A DNA stretch of 64,000 nt, taken from assembly GCA_963787975.1 (NCBI GenBank), contig CAWBEU010000010.1:27272-91271 (forward strand), given 5' to 3'. Position numbers and translations under genes: made by a program. The stretch is from an uncultured Thermoplasmata archaeon. Lineage in GTDB: Archaea > Thermoplasmatota > Thermoplasmata > Lutacidiplasmatales > UBA184. The notes beneath the pieces were generated by a model. That model ran no database searches. It was not told where the DNA came from and saw only the letters and a program-made list of their open reading frames with translations. Position 1 is the first letter of the stretch. The number at the start of each line of letters is the position of its first letter. Positions 9,462 through 18,331 of this stretch are shown here, piece after piece.

Positions 9462-9745
9462 GCGACTCCGCCGATTGGCACGCCACTCTTCGGATTCATC
9501 GGCCGACTCCGGCCGACGCGGAGCGCGTCGCTCGAGCATTGGCACCGGAAGTCTCCCGAGAGGTCCCCCGCGCCCGGGCTGAGCTCGTCCGAGCCAGCCA
9601 GACGTCGGTCGAGCTCCGGATCACCGCGGCCGACACGAGCGCTTGCCGCGCGGCGCTGAACACGTACCTCGCCTGGATTGGGCTCGTTCTGTCCACGGAA
9701 CGGGCGGCGCAAGGGTCAGCGGTATCCGGTAAGCCCGACGAATAG
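9458..9745 (+). CDS. pcc1: KEOPS complex subunit Pcc1-like
   Basis: 95-aa ORF whose GTG overlaps the purB stop (GTGA). ATLRIH...AERVARALAPE...VELRITAADTSACRAALNTYLAWIGLV resembles the Pcc1/CTAG pattern (two strands plus a helix ending RAalNsyLrWl). Confidence 0.55.
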   Translation: MSDSADWHATLRIHRPTPADAERVARALAPEVSREVPRARAELVRASQTSVELRITAADTSACRAALNTYLAWIGLVLSTERAAQGSAVSGKPDE

Positions 9746-9793
9746 CGCTCGCTCCCGAAGCGCTTAAGTTCGGCCCCCTTCCTGCGACCGCCG

Positions 9794-10165
9794 ATGGCGC
9801 TGCCGGCGAAACTTCAGAACGATATTCGTCAGTACCAGCGGCTCCAGCAAGACCTGTCTCAGATCAGTCAGCAGCGTATGCAACTCGACCTCAAGCTGCG
9901 CGAAACAACGCACACTTTGGAGGAGCTCAAGACCGTGCCCGATGACACGGCGATTTACCGGCCGATCGGAGGCCTTCTCGTCAAGGCTCAAGGCAAAAAG
10001 GAGGTCCAGGACCTCCTCACAGATGACAAGGAGACCCTCGAGGTCCGAGTGAAGGCGCTGGAGCGGAACGAGAACCAGCTCAAGGAGCGTTACACCACGA
10101 TGACCAAGGAGCTCTCGGACGCGCTACAGGCCGCCGGGGTTTCGCCGACGGACGGCCCGCAGTAG
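9794..10165 (+). CDS. pfdB: Prefoldin beta subunit
   Basis: LQNDIRQYQRLQQDLSQISQQRMQLDLKLRETTHTLEEL...AIYRPIGGLLVK...LEVRVKALERNENQLKERY: a coiled coil, a hairpin and a second coiled coil, of typical length. Confidence 0.85.
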   Translation: MALPAKLQNDIRQYQRLQQDLSQISQQRMQLDLKLRETTHTLEELKTVPDDTAIYRPIGGLLVKAQGKKEVQDLLTDDKETLEVRVKALERNENQLKERYTTMTKELSDALQAAGVSPTDGPQ

Positions 10166-10195
10166 ACGCCTCCGCCGCCGGGACCCGCGCCCGGC

Positions 10196-11260
10196 CTACA
10201 TCGATCGGTGGACGAGCTTGTCCCCGACCTGTTCGAGCAACTTCTTCGCTCCCGGGCGGAGCGTCGAGCTCTTCTGGATCCGCGCGAAGGCGCGCTCCGA
10301 TAGCTCGGAGATGTGTTGCTCGGAATATGCCAGGCTGCCGGTAGACCGGATCAGTTCCTGGGCGGCCCGAACGCGGGCGGGGGGCGCTGCCGCATTGCCG
10401 AGCACCTCTTGCAGGAGCGCCCGACCGACCGGGTCAGCCCGCCCCCACGCGGCGACCACCAGCAGCGTCCGTTTTCCCTCGATGAGATCGTTCGCGCTCT
10501 TGCCGATGTCCGCCTCCGCGAGCCCGGCGCCGAGGACGTCATCCCGGAGCTGAAAGGCCACGCCGAGGTCGGTGCCGATCGATTCGAGGTCGGCGAGAAG
10601 TCGCGCCGAGGCTCCCCCGAGGATGGCGCCGAGTCTCAGGGGCCCGGCGACGGTATATTCGGCCGTCTTGCGGCGGTGAACCTCCATCACGTCCTCCTCC
10701 CGGACTCGGTCGATGGGCAGCACGCCGTTGCGCACGTCGAGTAACTGTCCGTAGGCGGTCTCGCGAGTCATTCGCACGTACTCGTCCATCGCCCGAAGCC
10801 GTAGAGACCCGGGGACCGGGCTCCGCAGAATCGCATCGACGGCGAACGGTTCCTGGAGATCGCCGAGCGTGATCCCCATGCCGACACCGTAGTCGGTGCT
10901 CGAGCCGAGCAGTCGCTCATCGCCGTGGTGCGTGGCCAGGAGGCGATGGACCGACGGACCCCCGCGCCGTTCCTCTGCGTGATCGATGATGTCGTCGTGA
11001 ATGAGCATCCAGCTCTGGAAATGTTCGAGGCCGGCAGCGGCGCTCAGTGCCGGTCCGGGCTCCCGCCCTGTCGCGACGTGATATCCCCCCAGCACGAGTA
11101 AGGCCCGGAGTCGCTTTCCGCCTCGGAGGGTAAATTCCTCCAGCATCCCGAGCCCATCGGCTACCGCCTCGCTTCCGGCGTCTTGTCGTGCCTCGGAATA
11201 GGTCCGAGCAATCTCTTGCTCGATCCGTGGAAACCACTTGGCTAGACGCTCGAACTCCAC
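10196..11260 (-). CDS. idsA: Polyprenyl (geranylgeranyl) diphosphate synthase
   Basis: Within ORF 10196..11368. Contains GGKRLRALL, the first Asp-rich motif LIHDDIIDH, and the second, FQLRDDVLG. The start is set at GTG 11260, 26 nt from the TATA box at 11282-11290. Confidence 0.85.
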   Translation of the reverse strand: MEFERLAKWFPRIEQEIARTYSEARQDAGSEAVADGLGMLEEFTLRGGKRLRALLVLGGYHVATGREPGPALSAAAGLEHFQSWMLIHDDIIDHAEERRGGPSVHRLLATHHGDERLLGSSTDYGVGMGITLGDLQEPFAVDAILRSPVPGSLRLRAMDEYVRMTRETAYGQLLDVRNGVLPIDRVREEDVMEVHRRKTAEYTVAGPLRLGAILGGASARLLADLESIGTDLGVAFQLRDDVLGAGLAEADIGKSANDLIEGKRTLLVVAAWGRADPVGRALLQEVLGNAAAPPARVRAAQELIRSTGSLAYSEQHISELSERAFARIQKSSTLRPGAKKLLEQVGDKLVHRSM

Positions 11261-11281
11261 AACCGCGCCTCGACGGCTGAG

Positions 11282-11290
11282 TATATTTAA
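11282..11290. promoter_or_regulatory. Shared A/T box (TATATTTAA / TTAAATATA) between divergent idsA and the TPR gene
   Basis: This is the only A/T island in the divergent spacer. It is about 26 nt from the idsA GTG (11260), and 10-26 nt from candidate GTG starts 11300 and 11312 of the TPR gene. Confidence 0.45.
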
Positions 11291-11299
11291 CCTCGGGAC

Positions 11300-12439
11300 G
11301 TGGCGGGACTCGTGCCCGCTCCGGCGTTCACCGAACTCGTGGGGCAGTTGACCGAGGCGTTCGGCCAACAGCCCGACTCTATGCGACCGACGCGGGAGGG
11401 CTTCCTGCTCAAGACGACCGACGACTTCCTCTACGCTTTCCTCGAGGACCCGGCGCAGGTCTCGCTCTCGACCGTACAGGGCCTACTTCGCGAAGCGGCG
11501 GACCGTCCGTCCCGGCTCGTGGTATTTTCGCCCGGGAGGCTCCCGCTCGCGTTGACGGCCGAGCTCACCGGGAAAGGGGCGACCGTTGTGGACGGAGCCC
11601 GGTTCCATGAGCTGGTAACGGGCCTCAACCTGGGCAGCTACCTCGGCGAGGAGCCCCGTGCGGTGCCGACCCGGCCCGGGGCCCGCCAACTTCCGAGCGC
11701 GCGCCAGCTCGACGAGGTCGTCATTCGCGCCCGAACGTGGCTCGACTGGGGCGTCCCCGCCCTGGCGCTTCGATTCTTCCGTCAGGCGCTCGAGCTCAAA
11801 CCGGAATTCGCCCCGGCCCGGAACGGCGTGGCTCGGTCCCTATTGGCTCTCGGTTTGGTCCCCGACGCGCAGAAGATCTTCCACGAGGTGCTGGAGACCT
11901 CCCCGGACAATCTCGAGGCGCGAGTCGGGTTAGCCGCTGCGGCGGGGGCCGCGGGCAAGCCCGCAGAGGAGATTGCGATCTACCGGAGACTGATCGACGA
12001 GGATCCGACGCGCACGGAGGTGCGCGCCCACTTGGTAGCCGCGTTGGTCGACGCAGGCCGCTGGACCGAGGTGACGCCCGAGCTCAAAGCGATGCTCGAC
12101 ACGACGCCGGAAGACGCTCGACTGAGGTTCTTGCACGGCGCCGCCCTCGAAAAGACCGGGCATGAGGCGGAAGGCCGTAGAGAGCTCGACCGGGCCCGCG
12201 CGCTGGGCCTAGAGTTCGAAACGGAGCAGGCTCTTAGTCAGCATCTTGGCCTACCGGCGCCCGCACGGCCGCCGGGGATCCCGCGACGAATTCTCTCAAC
12301 GGCTCCTCAGGCGGTTCTGCCGACCTCAGGAACGCGAGCTCGGTCGAAGGCAACCCGCGGGAAGAAACAGAAAGCCCGTAAGACCCGGTCTGCGTCGGCC
12401 CCTCGTCGCCCCCCAGCCCGGCGAGGCAGAGCTAAGTAA
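11300..12439 (+). CDS. TPR-repeat protein with basic C-terminal tail
   Basis: 379-aa ORF. The middle part shows repeated A-x-x-x-F/Y-x-x-A-L-x-x-x-P patterns (ALRFFRQALELKPEFAPA, AQKIFHEVLETSPDNLEA, EIAIYRRLIDEDPTRTEV). The tail is KATRGKKQKARKTRSASAPRRPPARRGRAK. The N-terminal roughly 110 aa are unassigned and the start is uncertain. Confidence 0.6.
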   Translation: MAGLVPAPAFTELVGQLTEAFGQQPDSMRPTREGFLLKTTDDFLYAFLEDPAQVSLSTVQGLLREAADRPSRLVVFSPGRLPLALTAELTGKGATVVDGARFHELVTGLNLGSYLGEEPRAVPTRPGARQLPSARQLDEVVIRARTWLDWGVPALALRFFRQALELKPEFAPARNGVARSLLALGLVPDAQKIFHEVLETSPDNLEARVGLAAAAGAAGKPAEEIAIYRRLIDEDPTRTEVRAHLVAALVDAGRWTEVTPELKAMLDTTPEDARLRFLHGAALEKTGHEAEGRRELDRARALGLEFETEQALSQHLGLPAPARPPGIPRRILSTAPQAVLPTSGTRARSKATRGKKQKARKTRSASAPRRPPARRGRAK

Positions 12440-12558
12440 GGACAGGCGCCGGGCGAGCCGGTGGCGCGGCACGTCGGGGGAGTACCCATCGTTAACGCCC
12501 TCGGTCATCCTTCGCCGTGCACGCATGAAATGACGGGCTTCACGGCCAGGATCCCCGC

Positions 12559-13239
12559 GTGAGCGGCCGATACCCGGAGTCCGGATACACCTACACGGTA
12601 GGGCCGCGTATTGCCGCGCAGCGCCCCGTGAGCACATCACCCACCGAGATTCGCCACATTACGATCGCCGCACTCGTTCTCACACTCGACTTCGTCCTCG
12701 TGTACGGGGGACCTGCGGTCTACCCCGCCAAGACGGAGCTTCTTATTATCGGCAGCGCGGCCACCGCGGCGGTCACGGCATTCGTGGCCCACGAATTGGC
12801 GCACAAGATATCCGCCCAACGGCGAGGATACTGGGCCGAGTTTCGGCTCTCCCCGTTCGGCCTGCTGGTCTCGGTCATCATCGCCGCCTCCACCCACCTC
12901 CTTTTCGCGGCTCCCGGAGCGACGATGATTGGTGGAATGACGACCCCCGAGGACTGGGGCCGAACGAGCCTGGCGGGACCGGCCACGAACTTCGTTTTCG
13001 CCATACTCTTCCTCGGGTCGTCGTTCGCGGTAGCTGCCATCTACCCATCCGAGAGTATCTTCTCCGGAACTCTACTCTTCCTGGCTTACATCAACGGATG
13101 GTTCGGCGCCTTCAACATGATCCCGATCGGCCCCCTCGACGGAGCGAAGGTGTGGCGCTGGAACAAGTCCGTCTGGGTTGGTTCCTTCATCGTCTTCGCC
13201 GCCTTGGCCGGCGTACTGTTCTATCTTATCGGGTTCTGA
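12559..13239 (+). CDS. Site-2 protease family (M50) membrane metalloprotease
   Basis: HExxH inside a TM segment (AFVAHELAHKISA), a later NxxPxxxLDG motif (FNMIPIGPLDGAKV), and a polytopic profile. Confidence 0.7.
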   Translation: MSGRYPESGYTYTVGPRIAAQRPVSTSPTEIRHITIAALVLTLDFVLVYGGPAVYPAKTELLIIGSAATAAVTAFVAHELAHKISAQRRGYWAEFRLSPFGLLVSVIIAASTHLLFAAPGATMIGGMTTPEDWGRTSLAGPATNFVFAILFLGSSFAVAAIYPSESIFSGTLLFLAYINGWFGAFNMIPIGPLDGAKVWRWNKSVWVGSFIVFAALAGVLFYLIGF

Positions 13240-13266
13240 GGCCGGCTTGGTCACCTAGGCGAGGCA

Positions 13267-14196
13267 GTGTCCGCTGTTCATGTCGAGGAGTTGGGAGCCA
13301 ACCGCTTCCAGCTCGACCTAGATTTCCGTGACGTGGAGGGCCTCATCGCAAGCTATGCCATCCCGGGGCCGGACGGCTGGGCGATCATCGAGACGGGACC
13401 CAGCACTTGCCGAGCGCACCTCGTCGAGGGCATCGGAGCGGCGGGGATCGAGGTGAAGGACGTGGACCGTGTCCTCGTGACGCACATCCATTTGGATCAC
13501 GCCGGTGGCCTCGGGAACGCGGCGGAGCTATTCCCCCGAGCTACCCTGTACGTCCATCGAGAAGGGGTGGCGCACATGCTGGACCCCACGAAGCTCAGGG
13601 CGAGCGCCCGTCGGGCCTGGGGGGCGGCCGCTGACGAACTGTGGGGAGAGATCCTTCCCGTTCCACCCGCCCGAGTCGTCGCTTTGTCAGGAGGCGAACG
13701 CCTACCGTTGAAGGACGGGGATCTGCTTGTCGTCAACACTCCGGGCCACGCGAAGCACCACCTCGCGTTCTTCGACGAGCCGACCCGCTCTCTCCTCACC
13801 GGTGACGCGGCAGGGGTGCACCTGCCGGGGACGGGCCGGGTGAGACCAGCGCTTCCTCCCCCGGACCTCGACCTCGAGGCGCTGCTGGCCAGCGTCGACC
13901 GTATGCGGGAGCTCGATCCGGCACGGCTGCTGTACACCCACTTCGGTCCTCGAGCGGACGGGGCTCGGGCCCTCCAGGAGTACCCGCCGATCGTGCTTCG
14001 GTGGCGGGAGGTCGCCCTGGCGGCGGCCCGGGAGGACCCTTCGGTGGAGCACGTCGCGGATGCGCTCCAGCGGTCCGAGGGGGAGCTCAGACCGGGGGCG
14101 TCGCCCTCGGACGAGAAGCCCGATCTCATCTCGGGAACCGCGATGGCCGCCCAAGGGCTCCTCCGATACTTTCGGACGCGAGGTCTGATCCCCTGA
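13267..14196 (+). CDS. MBL-fold metallo-hydrolase
   Basis: VLVTHIHLDHAGGL (HxHxDH) and NTPGHAKHH. Confidence 0.75.
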   Translation: MSAVHVEELGANRFQLDLDFRDVEGLIASYAIPGPDGWAIIETGPSTCRAHLVEGIGAAGIEVKDVDRVLVTHIHLDHAGGLGNAAELFPRATLYVHREGVAHMLDPTKLRASARRAWGAAADELWGEILPVPPARVVALSGGERLPLKDGDLLVVNTPGHAKHHLAFFDEPTRSLLTGDAAGVHLPGTGRVRPALPPPDLDLEALLASVDRMRELDPARLLYTHFGPRADGARALQEYPPIVLRWREVALAAAREDPSVEHVADALQRSEGELRPGASPSDEKPDLISGTAMAAQGLLRYFRTRGLIP

Positions 14197-15449
14197 GCCG
14201 CGCGTCCGACCCCCGAAAACCGAGCCTCACCCCGGCGTTCGCCCTCTTTGGCGCGCGGATTGTCTACGCGTTCAACTGGTACAATGTTGGCGCCGTGCTC
14301 GGGCTCATCGGGACGTCCTTGGACGCGAACGCGGCGCAGCTGGGCATCGTTCTGGGAGCGTTCCTGGCAGGAGTCGGGATCTTTCAGGTCCCGGCCGGCG
14401 TACTCGCCTTGCGCTGGGGATCCCGTCGGACCGCACTGACCGGCCTCCTCGTCATGGGCATCGCGGGCGTGGCCTGCGCCTTTTCGACCCAGATCCTCGA
14501 CCTCATCCTCCTGCGGTTCCTCGCGGGCGTCGGCGCGGCTTTCTTCTTCTCCCCGGCCCTGAGTTTGGTCGCCTCGTACTTCCCCCCGGGAAAGCGAGGC
14601 CCAGTGATCGGACTCTACAACGGCGGATTCAGTCTCGGGGGAGCGATTGGCGTCACCGTCGGGGCGGCCATCGGTCTGCGGTTCGGCTGGCAGTTCGCCC
14701 TGGGGCTCGGCGGAACCGCTCTGCTCGTGATGGTCCTCTACAATTGGCTCGTGCTTCCCCGGGAGTCGGCTCTTCAGCCAACGCCGGATCGCTCGCAGGT
14801 CTTCCGGGCGGTCTGGGGCGTTGTCCGGTCCCGGTCGATCTGGGCGCTCTCGCTCGCGTTCACCGGCTTTTGGGCCGCGATGTACATCGTCGCCCAGGAC
14901 TTTGTTCTCTTCGCGTCCAAAGTGCACCCGACCTGGGGGACGCAAACCGCCGCCGACATTGCGACCGTGTTCATCTTGATGTCGTTCCCCGGTGGCCCGT
15001 TAGGGGGTTGGCTCGCCGAACGGGGCTGGGACCGCCGATGGGTGCTGGTGATTTTCGCGGTGGGCGACGGGGTCCTGGTGGCCAGCATCCCGTTCGTCGG
15101 GCTCTACCTCAGCGCCGGGCTCTTCGTGATCATGGGGCTGTTCGATGGGATCGTTTTCGCCGTGCTCTACCTCATTCCCTCCTACCTACCTGAAACTCAA
15201 GGCCAGGGCCTCGCCCTCGGCATCGCCGCGATGAATTCGATCCAGGTCTTGCTCGGGAGCGGGATCGCCATTGCCTTCGGCTACATCGCCGTCCTGGCTG
15301 GATTCACGACAGCGTGGATCTTCGTCGGGGTTCTCACCTTAGTCTCGATACCCCTCGTACTGCTGGTCGCGCCCAACCGGGCGGGCACCCCCCTGCCGGC
15401 GGTGTCCGGTGACTCCGGGACGGGCGCGGAGCCTCTCACGTCGAAGTGA
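14001..15449 (+). CDS. MFS transporter (true start probably downstream of 14001)
   Basis: About 12 predicted TM helices and an MFS loop motif, LALRWGSRRT (GxxxDRxGRR-like). GTG 14001 would overlap the MBL gene by 196 nt. The next canonical in-frame start, GTG 14295, would cut TM1, so the start is unresolved. Confidence 0.7.
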   Translation: MAGGRPGGGPGGPFGGARRGCAPAVRGGAQTGGVALGREARSHLGNRDGRPRAPPILSDARSDPLSRASDPRKPSLTPAFALFGARIVYAFNWYNVGAVLGLIGTSLDANAAQLGIVLGAFLAGVGIFQVPAGVLALRWGSRRTALTGLLVMGIAGVACAFSTQILDLILLRFLAGVGAAFFFSPALSLVASYFPPGKRGPVIGLYNGGFSLGGAIGVTVGAAIGLRFGWQFALGLGGTALLVMVLYNWLVLPRESALQPTPDRSQVFRAVWGVVRSRSIWALSLAFTGFWAAMYIVAQDFVLFASKVHPTWGTQTAADIATVFILMSFPGGPLGGWLAERGWDRRWVLVIFAVGDGVLVASIPFVGLYLSAGLFVIMGLFDGIVFAVLYLIPSYLPETQGQGLALGIAAMNSIQVLLGSGIAIAFGYIAVLAGFTTAWIFVGVLTLVSIPLVLLVAPNRAGTPLPAVSGDSGTGAEPLTSK

Positions 15450-16881
15450 CTGTGACGAGGTTCGTCGGCCGTCCCTCCACCGGATATCCGGCGGTCATCA
15501 CGACCGGCCTACCACCCGGCAGGTCGAAGGCGCGTCGGGAAGCGCTCTCGGCGAACCGTCGGAGCTGGTCAAGGGAAAGCCGGGCTGGCACCGATTCAGT
15601 ATGGACGCCCCAGGTCAGCGCCAGGTGCCTACGGGTGGTTTCCAGCCGGGACAAGGCCAGGATGGGGACGGCGGGCCGGAGCCGGGAGACCAGCCGGGCG
15701 GTGCGCCCCGAGTGCGTCGGGACCACAATGGCCCCCGCACGGATCGCCTCCGCGGTCCGCACCGCCGCTTCCGCGACCGCTTCCTCGGTGGGCGGCGGGC
15801 GCCGGTCGGTGCGCGGTGTCCTAAACCGCTCCCGATCGATTGCCCCCTCAGTCGCTCGGGCGATGCGATCCATCCACGCGACCGCCAACGTCGGGAACGA
15901 TCCTATCGCGCTCTCTTCCGAAAGCATCACGGCGTCTGTCCCATCGAGTATCGCGTTCGCGACGTCCGTGGCCTCGGCACGAGTGGGCCGAGGCAACGAG
16001 ACCATGCTGAGCAGCATTTGCGTCGCCACGATACTCGGCCGACCCGCCCTCTGAGCGAGGGCGACCAGCCGCTTCTGTTCCAAGGCGAGCCGCTCGAGGG
16101 GCACTTCGATACCAAGATCCCCCCGAGCGACCATGATCCCTTCGGACTCGTGCAGGATGCCGTCGATCGATTCGAGCGCTCGTGCGCGTTCGATCTTCGC
16201 AATGACTCCCACCGGTTCCCGGGTTCGCTCGGCGATCGAGCGCCGGGCCTCGCGTACGTCGCGGGCGGTCCCCACAAAAGAGAGGGCGACGAAGTCGACT
16301 CGCTCTTCGAGCGCGACCGTGAGGTCCTGGAGATCCTTGGGCCCCAGGATAGACCCGCGGAGCCGGGCCCGGGGCAGGTAGATACCCTGGTGCGAGCGAA
16401 TCGTTCCCCCTTGGACCACCCGGGTATGAATCGCGGTCGACGAGACCTGTTCGACCCGGAGCTCCACGTTGCCATCCCCTAGGAGCAGCGGATCCCCTGG
16501 TCGCGCCGCCGAGCTAAGCTCGGGAACAGAGATGGAGAGACGGTCGGCACTCCCGGGGGTCGGGTCCTGGTCCAATCTGAGCCGTTGACCATCGTGAACC
16601 TCGATCGAGTGGTTCACGACGTCCCCCAGCCGCAACTTCGGGCCCTGTAGGTCCGCGACGATAGCCACTTCACGGTGGAGCCCGCGAGCGACCGCCCGGG
16701 CCCGCCGGATAAGCCGACGCTGCTCCTCGGGGCTGCCGTGCGAGAAGTTGATGCGGAAGGCATCCGCTCCCGCGGCGAGCAAGCCGCGCAGCGCGCGCGT
16801 GGCTGACGAGGCCGGACCGAGGGTTGCCAGGATCCGGGTCCGACGCAGTAACTTGTCCCGGCCACGGCGAATTTCCGTCAT
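15436..16881 (-). CDS. pyk: Pyruvate kinase
   Basis: Within ORF 15436..16986; start at ATG 16881 (MTEIRRGRDKLLRRTRILATLGPAS). Contains FRINFSHGS, DLQGPKLRLG, MVARGDLGIEVP and ATQMLLSM. The upstream part of the ORF would overlap the tRNA gene and its promoter. Confidence 0.9.
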   Translation of the reverse strand: MTEIRRGRDKLLRRTRILATLGPASSATRALRGLLAAGADAFRINFSHGSPEEQRRLIRRARAVARGLHREVAIVADLQGPKLRLGDVVNHSIEVHDGQRLRLDQDPTPGSADRLSISVPELSSAARPGDPLLLGDGNVELRVEQVSSTAIHTRVVQGGTIRSHQGIYLPRARLRGSILGPKDLQDLTVALEERVDFVALSFVGTARDVREARRSIAERTREPVGVIAKIERARALESIDGILHESEGIMVARGDLGIEVPLERLALEQKRLVALAQRAGRPSIVATQMLLSMVSLPRPTRAEATDVANAILDGTDAVMLSEESAIGSFPTLAVAWMDRIARATEGAIDRERFRTPRTDRRPPPTEEAVAEAAVRTAEAIRAGAIVVPTHSGRTARLVSRLRPAVPILALSRLETTRRHLALTWGVHTESVPARLSLDQLRRFAESASRRAFDLPGGRPVVMTAGYPVEGRPTNLVTVTST

Positions 16882-16928
16882 CGGTTCGCCGGAGGACCGG
16901 CCCCTCCGTTCCGTTGATTGCCGGGAGC

Positions 16929-16937
16929 TTTTAGTAT
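16929..16937. promoter_or_regulatory. A/T box (TTTTAGTAT) upstream of tRNA-Gln, possibly bidirectional with pyk
   Basis: Centred about 28 nt upstream of tRNA position 1. On the other strand, ATACTAAAA lies about 50 nt upstream of the pyk ATG, with a GGAGGGG box between. Confidence 0.4.
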
Positions 16938-16960
16938 CGCCCCACGGTGCGTCCGACCGC

Positions 16961-17033
16961 AGCCCCGTGGTGTAGTGGCCAAGCATGCTGGCCTTTGGAG
17001 CCGGCGACAGCGGTTCGAATCCGCTCGGGGCTA
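16961..17033 (+). tRNA. tRNA-Gln (anticodon TTG)
   Basis: Hand-folded cloverleaf: acceptor AGCCCCG/CGGGGCT, U8, D arm GTGT-AGTGGCCAA-GCAT, anticodon arm CTGGC-CTTTGGA-GCCGG, T arm AGCGG-TTCGAAT-CCGCT, discriminator A. CCA is not encoded. The A1:U72 pair is typical of archaeal tRNA-Gln. Confidence 0.9.
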
Positions 17034-17266
17034 GATCTCATTTCTCGTCTTCGCGCGAGCGTCTTCTCACGAATATTTCGCATAAGCGGCCGTTTCGAAA
17101 CAGCTCGCTAACGTAACACGAGGGCCAAGTTGGTTTGACGGAGTATTATCTCCCTTAGAGTCACCGTCCACGTCGAGCCGCTCCGGGAGCGGGGGTCGCG
17201 GACATGCCGAAGGGGACGAACTGGCGAGGTGACTGTTCACGAAAGGGAATCACTCGCTCGATCGCG

Positions 17267-18331
17267 CTATTCGCGATCCGATGGGATCTGCGGGAGAGTT
17301 GAGCCGGGCAAGGGTTCTCCTCCTCCCTCCGAAGCGGCCACCCCTTGGGGGGACACTTCGATGACGGGCGCGTTCGGGTCGCCGTCGGTAGCGGCGGGCG
17401 GAACGGGTAGGGCGGCGGAGAGTCGGGAATCCACTAGCTCCCGGGGGACGGGAAGTGGAGAATCCACCAACTTTCGGGCGCCGGGCAGCCGGTAGAGCGA
17501 GTAGGAGGCCAACGCGACGACGATGGCCGCAAGCACGCCGAAAACTAGGTCGCTGAGGGTCGACCCCACCCACTTCAACCTCACGATCACCTGCGAGAGA
17601 CCAAAGGAGACCACCAGACCGTCCATCCCCATAACGAACCGCGTGAATGCGTCTCTGGAAACGCGGCCCACTAACCAGGCCCCAGCCGGTACGCCGATCA
17701 GGACTGGCATGAGGAGGAACGGGATGAGCCCGAGCGAGGGCGCCGATATCAGGTTGGCCCCGAGGAACTCCGTGAACAGGAAGTAGGTCGTCAGGGTGAG
17801 GCTCGACTCCGCAACCCGCACTTGGGCCAGAGTGCACCGGAACTCGTTCTTGGACAAGCCCTGGTTCCGGAAGAAGACGGCCAGCGGAGGGCCCGAGATC
17901 GTCGTTAAAGCGTACAGGAACCCGATCCCCGGGCCGATTATCGACCCGCTGCGGCGCTCATTGGTGAACGGCCGTCGGAGCCCTAACAGTTGGACGGTCA
18001 CCATCGGCAGGAGCATCAGGTAGACAGCGACCTTGACGTCGTTGACCGCGAGGTAACTGAGTCCCACCGTACCGAGCAGGACTCCTGGCAGCAGCGTTGT
18101 CACGACGGGCATCGCCCGGCTCTTGGTCGCGGGGATGTACGCGCGTTCCCGGAACAGGAGCGCGACATTGACAAGAAGTTCGACGCTGACCACCGCGGGG
18201 TTCAGGACCTTGTTCGAGAACCAGAGAAGCGCGATCGGCGTGACGATGGAGGAGAACCCGTAGCCGATCGCCCCGTTGATCATCGAGGCACCAAGGGCGA
18301 CGATGGCGAGCCAGATACTCGACAGGTCCAT
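17267..18331 (-). CDS. TauE/SafE (DUF81) family anion exporter with Pro-rich C-terminal tail
   Basis: 354-aa polytopic ORF. The N-terminus LGASMINGAIGYGFSSIVTPIALL and the internal repeat of 4-TM halves are typical of TauE/SafE. The tail has a short duplicated KLVDSPLPVP / ELVDSRLSAALPVP. Confidence 0.7.
   Translation of the reverse strand: MDLSSIWLAIVALGASMINGAIGYGFSSIVTPIALLWFSNKVLNPAVVSVELLVNVALLFRERAYIPATKSRAMPVVTTLLPGVLLGTVGLSYLAVNDVKVAVYLMLLPMVTVQLLGLRRPFTNERRSGSIIGPGIGFLYALTTISGPPLAVFFRNQGLSKNEFRCTLAQVRVAESSLTLTTYFLFTEFLGANLISAPSLGLIPFLLMPVLIGVPAGAWLVGRVSRDAFTRFVMGMDGLVVSFGLSQVIVRLKWVGSTLSDLVFGVLAAIVVALASYSLYRLPGARKLVDSPLPVPRELVDSRLSAALPVPPAATDGDPNAPVIEVSPQGVAASEGGGEPLPGSTLPQIPSDRE

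Noticed and set aside
13497-14945. 482-aa minus-strand ORF. Similar very long ORFs occur at 1482..2903 (+), 2428..3765 (-), 26976..27962 (+), 28462..29724 (+), 43732..44847 (+), 47608..48480 (-) and 58024..59028 (+).
   Set aside because: All are Arg/Pro/Gly-rich, low-complexity translations. They lie antisense to or out of frame with genes that have strong family signatures (MBL/MFS, thiI/argS, citrate synthase, YdjM, M13, GltD). These are the typical shadow ORFs of GC-rich DNA.
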